A model generated the notes under the pieces. The model was given only the letters and a program-made list of their open reading frames with translations. It searched no databases and was not told the DNA's origin. A stretch of DNA of 58,139 nucleotides, filler included, from Sphacelaria rigidula (Eukaryota): assembly GCA_964200075.2 (NCBI GenBank). It is 6 parts of 6 records of this genome, joined end to end, with 100 filler letters (N's around TTAATTAATTAA, not from the genome) between each part and the next. Parts side by side here need not be neighbours in the genome. Positions count along the whole stretch, not along the records: positions 9,709 to 19,316 come from CAXNAA020008112.1; positions 19,417 to 29,023 come from CAXNAA020008113.1; 4 more parts are not named here. One strand, 5' to 3'. The stretch's first letter is position 1, and each line of letters starts with the position of its first letter. The position numbers and the translations under genes were made by a program. Of the stretch, positions 10,619-23,790 are shown one piece after another.

Positions 10619-13600
10619 GGGGCTCGAAGAGCGGATGTTACGGAAGTGTCCAAGGGATACTCCACTATGGGGGGAACATTTGCGCTGACTTTCAAAGGGC
10701 ATTCCACCGATTCTATCAGCTACGCTGCGGATGAGTCTGACATTCAGGTACAGTCCTCAATCACGCCTGCATCCGTTTTTTGGGACATAAGGAGACAAGT
10801 AGCAACGCATTCACACACGACGAGCTAAAAGACGCCAACAGCTGTCTAGTGTTGAAGTAAGTGATGAAGTAATCCTGAGGGGCTTTGTTCAAGCGTTTCC
10901 TTGACGCGAAGAAGTCGCAGGGAGAAGTAACTCGTTATGGCAGCTCGTGTTCTGCACTATGGTTGTCACAGCTGAAACTTATTTGTTCATAAAGCTTTTT
11001 CCACGTCACACTTTTCGCCACTTGTGGACAACCGTTCTACGGCCGAAGTCGTTGATACCGGAGGTCGCCATCAATGAGTCGGAGGCTGGAAGATCTTCAT
11101 CTCAGATGCTGTATGTTCCATATGAAGCCTGTGAATAACCTCAGAGATCATCACTAGTTGATCTTCCAAGCATGCGCACATTGTCTTTCCTCTTGTGCAG
11201 TTTCACTTTGCGTCCTGTGTTTAGTCGATGACCATCCTGCACCCTGTACTAGCTCTACTATTGTGAGGATATCTGCATAACCTCACACCAAATGCAGTTG
11301 CCTCGATCACGTATACCGCATACCTAGTCGGCCATGGTAATTGCGCTAGTCAAGCAGGAAAGGCACCCAGTTAAAAGCACTTTGTTCGGGCATCTTCAAC
11401 CACTTCATGTACGTTTGGCATGATGCCTGAAGTAGGAACGAATTTGGGTCCTGCGACCGATACGTTACGCTATGCGTAGTAGGTGAGATGTGCTCGAGGG
11501 TCGGTAAAGTCCATTATTCAAAGCCTCCACAATAAGCATGTTGCACATATCTCTATTACAGAGCAGGAGTTTGTTTCGAGGCACTTGCCTCATTTCCACG
11601 ACATGTACGCGGAGTTTCGCAAACATGGTTCTTGTACAAGTAGTATTCACCGCTTGCAATGATTATAGAACCCACGATCGATGCGAGGCAGGCGGAGCTT
11701 GAGGGGCTGGACCCAGTTGGCTACGCTGGTGTGAACGTAACATCGGCGGGACTGTCAGCACAGTACGAGAAAATGTGGCGAATTTCGTTCGTGGGGTCCA
11801 CCGTCGAAGGCGATGTCGAAGCCATGCAGGTAGTGGTTGGTGCTGGTTATCCCTTTCCAGATCATTTTTGTTTTTCATCGGATCGCCCCTTGAGGGATAT
11901 TTGTAATTTTTTACGTCCTATCATCGTGTGAGTTCTTGTATATGTATGTGTAAATGTAAGGATATGAGACGGCCAGTCACTGCACAGAAGATATTTTATC
12001 CTAAGGAGATTTGTCGAGCTGAACAGCACCCATCGAAACCCGAGCCCTAAAACATCGTTTGGGCCTGCTGGGTTCCAGCCCGTTAAGGTTTAATGAAACT
12101 GACCACTATCGCTTTTCAGCGAGAATCTGATATATAAACTAGCACGTTATCATACCCACAGAGTTACATTAGTCGTTTCATGAGTCTATTTTGCAGATTA
12201 TTCCTTAAATATCTCCGACGTGACGCTTTAACAGGTATGAATGTACTATCAACTAGTTTCGAGTACCAGGGATATTAACTGACTGCGAGCTGAATTGACA
12301 GCATGATCAGAAGCACCACGTTAAATACAATGAGGGGAGTCGTGGTGGAAGTGTTTCTCACGCGACGTGCTATATCGTCGCGTGCATTCTATCACAAAGC
12401 GCAGCTTTCTCAAGTGGGCCAGTGCAAACGCGCGCCTTGGCAGTACATATCCTCAATTGCTGGAGTTTAAAGGGCCAAATGGGCAGTGGATTTTGATGCT
12501 GCCGCAGAACCTCATTTTGCTAAACCCTTGCTTTCGCTTGAAGGTCTTGGGATATAACATGGCACTAACCGGAAACGGTGCGGGCGTGAGCATCTACACA
12601 GATGGAACAGAATCTTCTGCAGATCGACGAGGGGCGGACGCTTCCATTTCAGGCAATCAGCTGTCTGGAACATTCACGATTACGCTCCGGGGTTGGGAAA
12701 CCGAGGTGAGTGATTCGGGCGCACACGAGATGTTGGAATGCGAGATATCGAGTGATGAATCGATCTTGGTATCGGTGTCTACACATCGCTTAAGACTTTC
12801 CGAATATCACGTATCAGCTGGTTTCTGTACCTGAAATGCACCTCCTTCGTGTTCTCTTGCGCCATTGTAGATCGTCTGTGTTAAACTCCGTCCGGGAAGT
12901 TCACTTGTGCATCAAGGGGTTGAGAAACCGAGATTTTAAAACCCATTGCTACACCGAATACTATAAAGAGCATGTGCAGTCATTGTATGGTACCACCAGA
13001 ACGGCCGATTGAACTGCATTGCTGTCTCTTGGGTCGTACAAAGGTTACGGCTCACCTGACGACAATCAACATCCGAGCACGCTTCATACTGGCCGCACAA
13101 ATATTTTGCTCGTTGATCTTAGTGGCCATGCCGCCGAAGGGTACAAGTATTATGTTGGCATACGTTTACGTAGAGTGACTATACCAACCATTTCGAGCTC
13201 TTCAACAATGGTTGGCAACGCCGCGTGTTGCCCATTCAGCGCACCGTTGATGTTCACGCCTCTCATGCTGTGAATCTTGTGTATATCCTTGCCGTGTTTT
13301 CCTCGAAGGTCTGAACCTGCCCATGCAAAAACGAAGAAGGCATGACACCCCCTGGTTCTCGATTCTCAGCTTGTGTTGATGAACGTCTCTTGTCTCCCCT
13401 CTCCCCCTATCGCTTCATGTCGAAAATTCAGGCCATCGACTTTAACGCAGCTGACACCGAGGTGGTCACTGCTCTAGAGGCCTTGCCAAACATAGGCTCT
13501 GTTACAGTCACACGTCAGGGACCCGACGGTCAACTGGGATACTCATGGTCTATAACATTTGTTGAAAATCCTGGGTACTTCCCTGCGGGATCAGGGGATG

Positions 13601-16600
13601 TGTCCCTACTTCTGCCGGACTGTTCTGGTCTTGTTGGCGTCGGCGCTGACTGTTGGGCGGAGGAGGTGAGCAGGGTGCAGCTAATGATAGTTGTGTTTCG
13701 TGCTCACCTGCTGCTTACTGTGTGAGAAAAAATTGTGAGTTACGTTGGGTTGACATCTTGCTCGACCGTTCCCCGTGGGCGTGGATGAGAGCTGGCGTCC
13801 TGTCTTTTCCAGTAAACAGCCCCGTTTCTTGTCCACCTCGCGCCTACACCTGGATTGCCCATGCTTATGTTCTCTTGTGCGGTGAAACATGAGGCCTGTT
13901 ATTACGCCGAACGTCATATTTCTTCAAGATATTGAGCCTCAATTTCTGGTAGAAACGTTTTCCCCTTTGCCTGCTGACCCTCTCTTTGCTTGCCGCATGA
14001 TCTCCGTACAATTTTGTGCTGCAGGTATCCGCAGGATCAAATGAGCTGTCTGGCGCGTTTGTATTGGCGTTCACTAGCAGTGCGGAGAGCGGAGGGGTGA
14101 CGCGTTACACGGATGAACTACCTTACAACTCCTTGGCTGAAGAGGCACGTTGCTGCAGAATCAGAGACGGGCAATATTAACCCGTGGGTTCGTGCCTAGG
14201 CGTATAGTAGCGCATGGTTTTATTTTTCACGTGTCCATGGACAGAGATACGAATCTATTGTGGCGTTGGGCTCTGCTGTGAAGGTAGCGTACTTGCCTCA
14301 GTAGAACAAGGCCTCACAAGACATTTGCCTTATCGCGTTCATAAACCTCAGCATCGTCTTAACAGAACAGCAGCCGCTCACAAGGATCTATTCCCTCAGA
14401 CCGTGTCCCCAGGCTTCGTATATTAGCTTTCACAAAACGCAGCAGAGATGTGCACCGGTCAAGGGTTGTGATTGACATATCGTATAGTTTTTCGTGCCGG
14501 TTTCCTTTCTCGTGTTGTCCGTTCGGTTCTGCAGGGTACATCCGACACCTGTAAACGCCCATCCCGCTCCTATTGCTGCCCCAAACCTCCCGCACCATTG
14601 TTGAGTAGACACACTCCAACACGACCACCTACAAACACCCATCGACCGTACGGTCATACGACGTCCGTTCAGGAGGTGCAAAGTCAGTCGATTTTACCCC
14701 CACCAAGCACGCAGTATTTTAATAAAATAACGAGTCAAGGTTAGCCCAGAATCTCTCAATCTCGCTGGTAACGTGACCGTCAAAAGCCCCGCCAATGCTC
14801 ACGCCTCTGCACGTGTAATCATGACAGTAATGATATCTGTAATGGTTATAATACTGGTGATGTCAGCGGTGATGATAACGACGATGACAACGATAATGAC
14901 CATGGTAATGATAATGATAATGACAATGGCAATGGTAATGATAATGATAAGGATAATGATAAGAATAATAACAGCAATAGTAATAATGACAACAAAACCA
15001 CCAACGTCATATAAAACATTAGTATCAGGAACAAAAACTGACAATCATAACCCCAATGACAACAATAATTATAACAACAGTTACAACAACAAGACCATGT
15101 TAATAAAGATGATAGGTAGTAAGGCTAACCGCTGTGAGAGTAAGGCAAGACTGTGACTCAAATCAATGACGGTTAGACTCATGCTACCGCTCGTTGGATA
15201 ATAGGTGGAAGCTGGCCTGGAAGCCCTTGATGACGTGGGTAACGTCATGGTCACTCGTTCTGCCAATACCGACGGCTACACGTGGACCGTAACGTTCGCG
15301 TCATGCCGAGCAAATGAAACAACCGGCGCCGACGTGTGTAACCTGGGAGATGTGGAGCTGCTGACTTTTGCCACAAACAGTAGTCTCTCGGGATGCACAA
15401 CTGATGGACTTGCGGCGTCTTCCATCGTTGTGGCCAATGGATCGGCGGGAGACATGGTTGATGTTGTCGATCTGACTGACGGACCGGCCTACATGTGAGT
15501 GGCGGACGTACGATAGCGCAGTGCCGCTGCGGGTACGGACGCGTGCCACCGCGGAACCGAGTTGGTGTGTTGGCAGCAATCTCGCCGGTTTCTTTTCAAG
15601 AAAGTATGTACGTAGTAAGCACGCTTGTAGAATAATGAGTCCAGATGTTGGCTGGCTGGAACGCTGACTGGTCGGTTTGATTTCCCGTGTGCGTATGGCA
15701 AAACGATGAATTCCGTCCATAGTTTACGCGCAATATTCGAACGTTTCTGCCGAGTCAACGAATATAATCACAAACATGATTTATAAGTTACAGTGTGTCT
15801 CAATCAAACGAGTTGAGTGAGGAACAGTTACCTCTTCACTAGCGGGAGTTAGTGCGTGGAGTCTGTTCCGGCTCGTGAAATTTGAGAGATTGAACGGATG
15901 GACGGGGAATCATGCTGCGGGTTCTCTTGATCATTCTGCAGCAAACAGGCAGTTTATTTCCATACAACCGTCCGTGCACGGGTATGAGAACACTCTTGGG
16001 ACAAGGTGCCATGAGTGCCCATGAACTGGGATCCCCTGCTCCCACGCGCTCGAGTTGCATTTATTTGTTCAGGGCGAAAAGACAGAAACAGTTACGCTAC
16101 AGATATAGCCCTCAGGACCTACACTCAAAATCTCTCTTCATAACTGATTTCCCGCTTCTCTCGGCCCTCATCTACCAGTTACGATATCTCCGACCTGGAG
16201 ACAGGAACGCCCATGTACTCAAGAGTCAGCGCCCACACTCTCATGTCCTACGGGTACTCATCTCTGTCGGACCCGGAGTATGCTACGCCTTCTAATGTCC
16301 AGCCGGGAGCACCCCCAAGTGTTCGGCTCTCCGCGTCTACTGAATCATCCATCACTGTTCAGTGGGACCAGCCAACGATGGACGGAGGTACGGTATGCCC
16401 TCATATTTTTCTTTTGTTTCTGCCAGTCATTCAAGTCAATCGATCTGTCACAACTCATGAGGACCGGGGATCCCAAGGCTGGGGATGCAATACAGTACCT
16501 TTACAATTGCCTCGTACTATCCCGCGGTTTATGTAGTACGAGCACACGACTTGAAGCCTGATGATCCTTTGCAGCACGCGTGTCATATCTCCGAGTTTGA

Positions 16601-19209
16601 CGGTTGTCTTTTCGTTGGTATTAGATCATTAGATAGGACATCTCCAGTCATGAAGATCCTAGATGTGTCACGCGGAAAGGGCTGATCGTTCTGTCAATGA
16701 CACGCTTGTCCGCTCCAAGCTGTCGTTGTTTCTTTTATGCAACACCTTTCGTTGTCCGCATATGCACCGAACGTGGCACTGTGTCTTAGTCACTGAACGT
16801 TTCCTCTCATCAATGATTTTAAGTTCAGTTTGTGTCATGATATTTCCCTGAGTCCCCGAGAGCAAAAAGTGCACCCCGTTTCTCGACAACTGTCCCATTT
16901 GTAGTGTACGCTACAGGGCCTTAATATTTACCGCTGTACTACGGCTGGTGCGCGCACATATACCGGAAGGTGCAGACTGGCATCCAGAATAAATGGGACG
17001 ACAACACAAAACACACACCACTGAATTCGATACCGCCTATCATGAACATCGAAACGCATGAATCGTTGGGGGTCGGCCTCCTTTGGACTGTTTCGCGCGA
17101 TAATCTCTCAGAGGTACAATCAGGGGTTTTGCTTCATGGCTGTCTGCTCTATATGCGTATTATTCCCACAGTTATTTGTAGAGCGGTGTCGCCGGGCCCC
17201 GGTTGTGCAATTCGCGTAACTTCAGAATGGTCAAGGTGGAGTTGAGGATCCGAATCCCAGCACATACGGTTGTCTCCTGATGAGTGTCTGGTTTCTGTCG
17301 TTGCGAACGTAAAGACAAAGTAGGCGCGGTGTGGGAGTGCTGGTCCAACCTGCGACACCAAAAACGGCAGGCGTATACCGAAGGAGAGATGAGTCGATCT
17401 GCAGAAACTACGGACTCGTCCCGAGGAAGGAGATAATTGAAAGAAAGGCGACGAAAAAAGGAAAATGGTACACCCTGTACCTGCAAATTTAGTGCTGCTT
17501 ACATGAATGTGTGAATGACAATACTGTATCTGTTGTGTGTTGCTTTGATCTATACGACGATTGGTCTAGAGAAGATCCCCACATATTTGGCAGTCGAGCA
17601 GCCGAGCTTTGGTGTAGTGCTATCAAACGATTAGCCAAGCTGCTCTACCTCGTGCTTAACTCGTAAACATTACTTACGTAGGTCCCACCCATCAGTCTTC
17701 AGCTCTGTGTGTCGTTATTTATCTGATCCTTGTGACCGAGCTACGCTGACATCAATGGCCTCCCTTCCGTGCGAGACAGGGGCAGAGGTAGCCGGGTACG
17801 AGTTGTGGATGGGCGAGTGGGCGACATCCAACTTCAGGCTCGTGTATGACGGGGTGGACGACGAAGATACGACATCCTTCACGGTTGACACAAGGTCTGT
17901 CTAAGTCGGAGAACATTACTTGAAGAATGTTGGCCATGAAATTGAATTTTTCTTGACGAAATACTGGCAATGTCGATAGCGCTTTCTACTGAAACTGAGT
18001 CCGCATAGTCTGCATGTCTCAGTACACGTACAGTATGTGGAAGAACGTACCTTTCTCGCCGTATATTGATGAGGTGGTTTTGTAACTTGAACTATCTGCA
18101 CACGATTTTACATGGGTATTGCTCGAGGAGTAGTTCTGATTGTCGATACAGCTAATGAGGCTACTGTTTTTTACAGTGCTGTGATACAAGGCCCTAGCAA
18201 TGAACATCAGGTAGGGTTGTCGGCCGGATGCATGTCGACACATGAAAGTCGTAATACATCGGCCGAATGCGTGTCTGATGTCTAAGATATTGTTCTTCAT
18301 CGCCTAACACGGTGTGCAACGCGATTTTCAATCCTCTCTTCGGCGTTCTCATGTGTCCTGCATTTGGTTTGTGTGTTTTCGTCAATTTTGGATTTTTCTC
18401 CTTCCAGCAATTTCCCTGAACTAGAGAGCGGTCGCACCTACCGCTTCCGCGTGCGAGCTGTGAACTACTGCTCTACGGTGGACGCATCCAGTGTTTGCTA
18501 CGGAGAGTTTTCAGAATCTGCCGCATACACTGTCAGGTATATGATTTATACTGCTCTGTACAGGGTAGCATGAAGACAAGAAGTCGCACACTCTCGACAA
18601 TCCTGAATAGCGCTGATGCCAGTATCATCAACACCGTAAATACTATTGTTTAAACCACTGCAGCACGAAGTTTTTGTTCTGGCCGGGGTGTAGGCCCCCC
18701 TTGAAATTTTTATGAAACGGTCACAACACTGATGGTGTTGGAGTATGACCTTGAACTTGTTTTGTATGAAGCAGCTGTATTTGTACAGTATTCCATGTGT
18801 AGTTCTTTTTGTGGCATTTGATACGATATCCGTTGCCGGGTTCACGGACAAACGGCGCATCCTGTCGAGCTCATCGCTCATACTGTATGTCACGTTTCAG
18901 CTCGACCCGTGTGTGGCAGGTATCCATACCTGGAGATTGGGTTCCACGCGGCATTATCGTTTGAAACGAATTCTCACACTGGAAAGAGTCGCTCGCTCGC
19001 TACACCGTACATCAGGGCGTTCAACTTGTACCCCACGTACTTTCCGCTTCCAAGACGTTTTAAGATGCAAACGAATATTCTCTGACTTTACACCGTGCCC
19101 CATGCTCTCTCTCCCAACTGGTAGGGACCCCCGCATGCCGAGTGCCCCATTGCAGCCAGTCAGAGACTCTCTCACCAACCTGGGCAGTGCAGCATATGAT
19201 GACGCCCAG
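10619..19209 (+). CDS. Partial multi-exon gene: large FN3 ('titin-like') protein with three uncharacterised ~115-135 aa repeats; both ends lie outside the contig
   Basis: Exons 10619-10747, 11692-11829, 12544-12705, 13432-13665, 14025-14144, 15205-15494, 16179-16387, 17780-17894, 18408-18536 and 19125-19209 splice in frame (1611 nt, 537 aa) with AG/GT ends and one GC donor. FN3 motifs: PGAPPSV...SITVQWDQP..DGGAEVAGYELW...LESGRTYRFRVRAVN. Confidence 0.9.
14815..15120. repeat. Degenerate (ATR/ACR)n trinucleotide microsatellite in intron
   Basis: Runs such as ATAATGATAATGACAATGGCAATGGTAATG; gives the low-complexity ORFs 14773-15156 and 14799-15044. Confidence 0.85.
16919..17019 (+). mobile_element. 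5'-truncated SINE/LINE 3' tail in intron
   Basis: CGGCTGGTGCGCGCACATATACCGGAAGGTGCAGACTGGCATCCAGAATAAATGGGACGACAACAC(A/AC)n closely matches the 3' end (35225-35294) of the SINE starting at 34942. Confidence 0.75.
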
Positions 19210-19316
19210 GTTTGTAAACTCACGTATATTATGTGTGTTTGCCCTGAACTTACGTACAAGAGCATCAACGAGAAGGGGGTGTACTCATGATCATGCATGC
19301 CATTGTCATAAGACCA

Positions 19317-19416
19317 NNNNNNNNNNNNNNNNNNNNNNNNNNNNNNNNNNNNNNNNNNNNTTAATTAATTAANNNNNNNNNNNNNNNNNNNNNNNNNNNN
19401 NNNNNNNNNNNNNNNN
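19317..19416. other. Artificial contig linker N44-TTAATTAATTAA-N44
   Basis: Identical 100-bp spacer. Confidence 0.98.
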
Positions 19417-22400
19417 AAGACTCCTTTCAATGAACTTTTGATTTGAACGTCGTCCAGAACATCACATTTCCATTCCCCCGCCGACGAAGACGCCAGCACC
19501 GAGGAAGACGTCCGAGGGGCACGACCAAACATCACGCGATACGGCGAAATATCGTTCCGACGGCGACACGCTGTATTTAGCGCCCATTGCACAGCGGGCA
19601 ACACATCCACCCACTCGGAAACCGCTTTACGCTGCTCGAAAAGAGTAGAGCGAAGAGCACGAACTACTTCCTTGACCATGCGTTTGCACGTACCGTTAGA
19701 CCGCGGATAATACGCTACCGTAGACCAGTGATCAACGCGCAAAGCCTCTCGCAACCGAGCCAAGATCGCATTCTTGAAATGCGTGGCGGTATCACTCACC
19801 CACACACGGGGCATCCCCAAAGCCTTGCACCAGTTCAGCAAAGACGCAGCAGTCGATTCAGCAGTACACATTGGCACTGGTTCCAGAGCCACAAAGTTGC
19901 TCAAATCATCCATGATTACCAAAAGGCATCAGAACCCATCATCCTCCGACAATCCTTGGGAAGCTAGCGGGCCACTCTCGCCCACGTGCAAGAAGTCAAA
20001 ATGAACGACTTCATTCGGCGTGGTCCCATGGACCGTTTCCCCGAGCGGGCGGGGAACAACATCGCCCGCCCTCGAGTCAGCACAGTGGAGACACTGGCGT
20101 GCATATTTACTCGCATGAATTTCCATCCCCTGCCAGACGCAAAACTCTTGCAAGCGCACGAGCGTCGCAGCAACACCACGATCCTCAGCGTCGCGCATGT
20201 GCGCACAATACATCAAACGTACGTACAACTGCTTGTCAGAACTCGGGATTCACAAAACGTTTCGGCCACGCGCATGCACACGAGACAGACCTTTATTGTC
20301 CAAGATAGCAGTACCAACGTCCGACTCGAAATATAGCATCTCCGCATCTTCGGCCCCAAGGTCTTTTCGTTGCGCTTGGCGGACAACATATTTGGACGGC
20401 ATCGAGTCATCAGGTTCGCACGGACCATACACAGCCACAGCGCGCGCCGGCAAAGTGGGAATATTTACCCAGCGCGACAGCAAGTCACCCCACGCGTTAC
20501 GCTCACCCGAAATATGACAAATCGTGTACCGATAACTGCTGCCGAGATAGCCCCCCCCCCGAACCGGCCAAAAATGCACGGGGGCGATGATAAAAAACGC
20601 CGGTAGAGCTGGTTTCGCGCTGCACGACGCGGCTCATTTGGGCGTTATAGCTGATTTCTGACTGCTACACGCCTCTCATGTGGGCGGAATTGCTGAAACT
20701 AGCCCAATAGTGGGATCGCAGCCGGTTTGTCGGATGGTCTCCGGTGCACTTTTTGTGGGGGGGCTATCTCGGCATTAGTCCGATACTGTCCTAATGCTCC
20801 TTTCCATCCCTCCAATCGCTGTGCCAACGCCTTCGACGCACACGTCACGCATGCCTCCGGGTTGAAAATGTACGCTAGATTTCGGTGATCCGTGTAAATG
20901 TGTACGCCATTCCACAATAGATGCTCAAGACGACGAAAAGTGCTCACGATAGCAAATTTTTCCTTGTCAATGGTTGCCCAACGCATCCGTGAACCCTTGA
21001 AATTACTACTCAGAAAAGCCAGCGGTTCATGCGTCATGTCTTCAACCGCCAACCGTTGTTGCATTTCTGCATCAGGCACCTGCGTTACAAAACTACCCCA
21101 ATGGCGCTCAAATGCGTCCGGAAACATTGACCCCTGACAATCAGGACGAGGATGGAGCAGCGTCACTGCATCAGCCACCAGATCCTTCGCTGCCGCCCAC
21201 GCCTGCAGCCTGCTCTCCGTCCACGATGCAGCCTTCTTCGGAAACGTATTATCCGGACTAGACCATCCCGTCTGGAAATTCCGTAACAACAACCCGAGCG
21301 CCAAAAGAGCCGCCACGCACACTGCCAACCTCCTCGACTTCACTGGATCGTACCGTCGCGGCTTCGTCTTCACCGCGGACGCCCCAGGGTTTGGCTGGAC
21401 ACGCATGGGCTCCACGCGCGTAGGGGAATCACCCCGCAGCGCACGACGAAATGCGTTGACGCGGTGATACAATATGCCGCGCAGGCGCTCCGCTTTTGAG
21501 ACGCTGAGGCTTTTCGCCCCAGCATCCGTCACGCTTTCCTCCAGCTCGACCTTCCGAGCGGACCCCTCTTCCGCCGGATCAATAAATATCTCCGGGCCAA
21601 GCTCTACCAAGCGTTCCACCGCCTCATCCCGATCCTCGGTCACCTGCCTCCCCGCCTCCTGGAGAGCATCCACCGACGAGCTCACTCTGCGACTGGCCAA
21701 AGAAGCAGGCGTCTCGACACTCGAACCGGGCGACGGCATATTCGTTTTTAGGGACTCCAACAACCGATCATACGGATTGACTCCGAGTCCCCGAAGCGTC
21801 GGTAGGCCCAACAGAACGACACCATCCGTCCCCGGCATGATCGCACACGATATGGGGGGTAATTTCGCTGGCCCCCAGGTAGTCAGGAACGCCAATTGTA
21901 GGGAAATCGTACGCTCCGTGACATTAATACGTTGCCCAGGTGCGGTGATGGCCTGCCGCGCCCCGAGCGAGAACGGAATGCGGATTTGCTCACCGGGGAA
22001 TAGACGCTCCAGCATCTCCACAGTTACACCGACACGCTCGTGAAGTGGGCGCCTGAATCCAACACCGCCTCGACCGATATAGGTCCCCGCGCCCGTTGAT
22101 CGGGGACATATAACTCGGCAGGGACATAATTGTCTTGGTCCTCGATCGGCACCTGCTCCGCCGACTGATTGGTCGTGATCCCCAGTTGGCGCCACGGCTG
22201 TGCGCGCGGCGCAGGCAGAGACGCCCCCGCTGGTGTCACCGGCACCGCCGGCGGGTACGAAGCCCCGCCCGCAGAACCAAATTGCAGCGGAACTCCGGCC
22301 GGCGCAGCAGTGGATTCTAATTTCAGCTGAAAACCGGCCGGCTCCGCAGCCGACGTCTCGCCTTGCTCTGCTGCCGGCGGCGCCGGCACCGAGCCCGACA

Positions 22401-23790
22401 CTAGAGAGGTCGGTCCCACCTGCACCGCCCGTTGTGGAGCAGCAGCCCCTGCGGCTGAGCCGGACCCAGAACCGGACCCCTGCTGACGCCGCTGCCCCTG
22501 CTGCTGCTGCTGCTGATGCTGCTGCTCAGAACTCGACTGTGCACCTCCACCGCTGGAGGATCCGCCGCCGCCGCCACCACGACTACCTCGTATTTTGCCC
22601 TTGTGCTGACGATGCTGATGGCGCGCGGCATGAGACTGCCCAGACTTTCCACCGGAAGACGTTGGGCACTTCCGTGCGATGTGGCCTACATGGCCACATT
22701 GATAGCAAGTAATATTGGAGGCGGCACTGCCTGCGGATTTTGATCAGCAGTTACGCGAGCTCGAAGACTGCGGCGACAAAGTGGATGATTTCCGAATACT
22801 TCGACCCGCCGCCATGCCTGAGCTTCAGCCACCACGGTATCCATGACTAAATACGGGTCCGACTTCCATTTATTTTCGTGCTGTAACTGTACAAGTACGG
22901 CCTGCTTAAATTCCGCCGGTGCCAGACCCTTCACCACCGCTTTCGTGATCACCACAGCGGACCCTGGGCGAAATTTCCCATCGGACGAACGATAAATCAT
23001 CTCCACGTTGGGATTTTCCGACAAATACGTCTCCAACTTACCCATTATGGGCTTCATCCTCTCACGCGTGATCCTCCCCTTGTGGTTCATCGCGACAACC
23101 TTCGCCACGGCCGCGGACGCCTGAGTAAGCTCTACCTCCGCTCCTACCGCATGACCTACGTGCTTCTTCATGGCTGCGGCCAACTGCAGCGGCGTTATGG
23201 TATGCTTTTCGTGGAACCTTCTCGCGAAGACGCGTTGCAGGGGGATAGGCACTAGTTGTGCCATAGAAACCACCTGATGCCTTACTGCATCCCCTGCATT
23301 CGCATGCTCCACCCTCCTTTGTATTCCACGTATTTCGTGTAAAACAAACGAGAAGCACCGTCAGAATACTAATTCCCCTAACTGGGCGGCCGCAACTCTT
23401 CCCTTAGAACGACTGGGGTTACAGTCGTTTCCGCTGGCTCTATTGCCGGTACCTCGGTAGCCGACATTCTCGAGCGGAAAATCGAAGATTTCTGATACCT
23501 TCTCGAACTTCAGTCAACACCTGCTTTCTTCGCCGCTCCACACAGCCCTGGGGTCCTATAAACAACCCGCTGTACGCAGCTCCAGCAAGTCTCCAGTCTG
23601 GATCAATCACGGGCCAGCCGCCTTTGCAGCTACCTCAGCTTGAAACCTCCTCACGCGTCCGTGAAGCTCTATGCCCGAAGCTAATCTCAAGCTGCCCAGA
23701 CTTTTCCTGCTGAAAAACATCAGCAGTCTCAAACGATAGCACCAACTAGCAGGCCTAGCACCAGCACCAATATCGATATTGTGACGCCAG
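19417..23790 (-). mobile_element. Ty3/gypsy LTR retrotransposon internal region (gag-PR-[RT deleted]-RH-IN), defective
   Basis: gag-like ORF 22686-23312; protease VEAVLDSGAHFTS (~22030-22080); RNase H PDAFERHWG...PLAFLS...WATIDKEKFAIV...IYTDHRNL; integrase H..C..C (HMRD...RQCLHC), VVHFDFLH, VWVSDTATHF and PRSNGTCKRM. Order PR-RT-RH-IN is gypsy. Possible PBS TGGCGTCAC at 23789-23781; LTR boundaries not resolved. Confidence 0.92.
20534..20780. mobile_element. 247-bp MITE (TIR (G/A)ACT..TGCCGAGATAGCCCCCCC), 4-bp TSD CGAT, inserted in gypsy RNase H
   Basis: TIRs AACTGCTGCCGAGATAGCCCCCCC and GGGGGGGCTATCTCGGCATTAGTC; CGAT at 20530-20533 and 20781-20784. Excision restores GALGQYRYTICHISGERNAWGDLLSRW. 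Confidence 0.92.

Noticed and set aside
14773..15156. Met/Ile-rich 'membrane protein' ORFs
   Set aside because: Translation of an intronic trinucleotide microsatellite.
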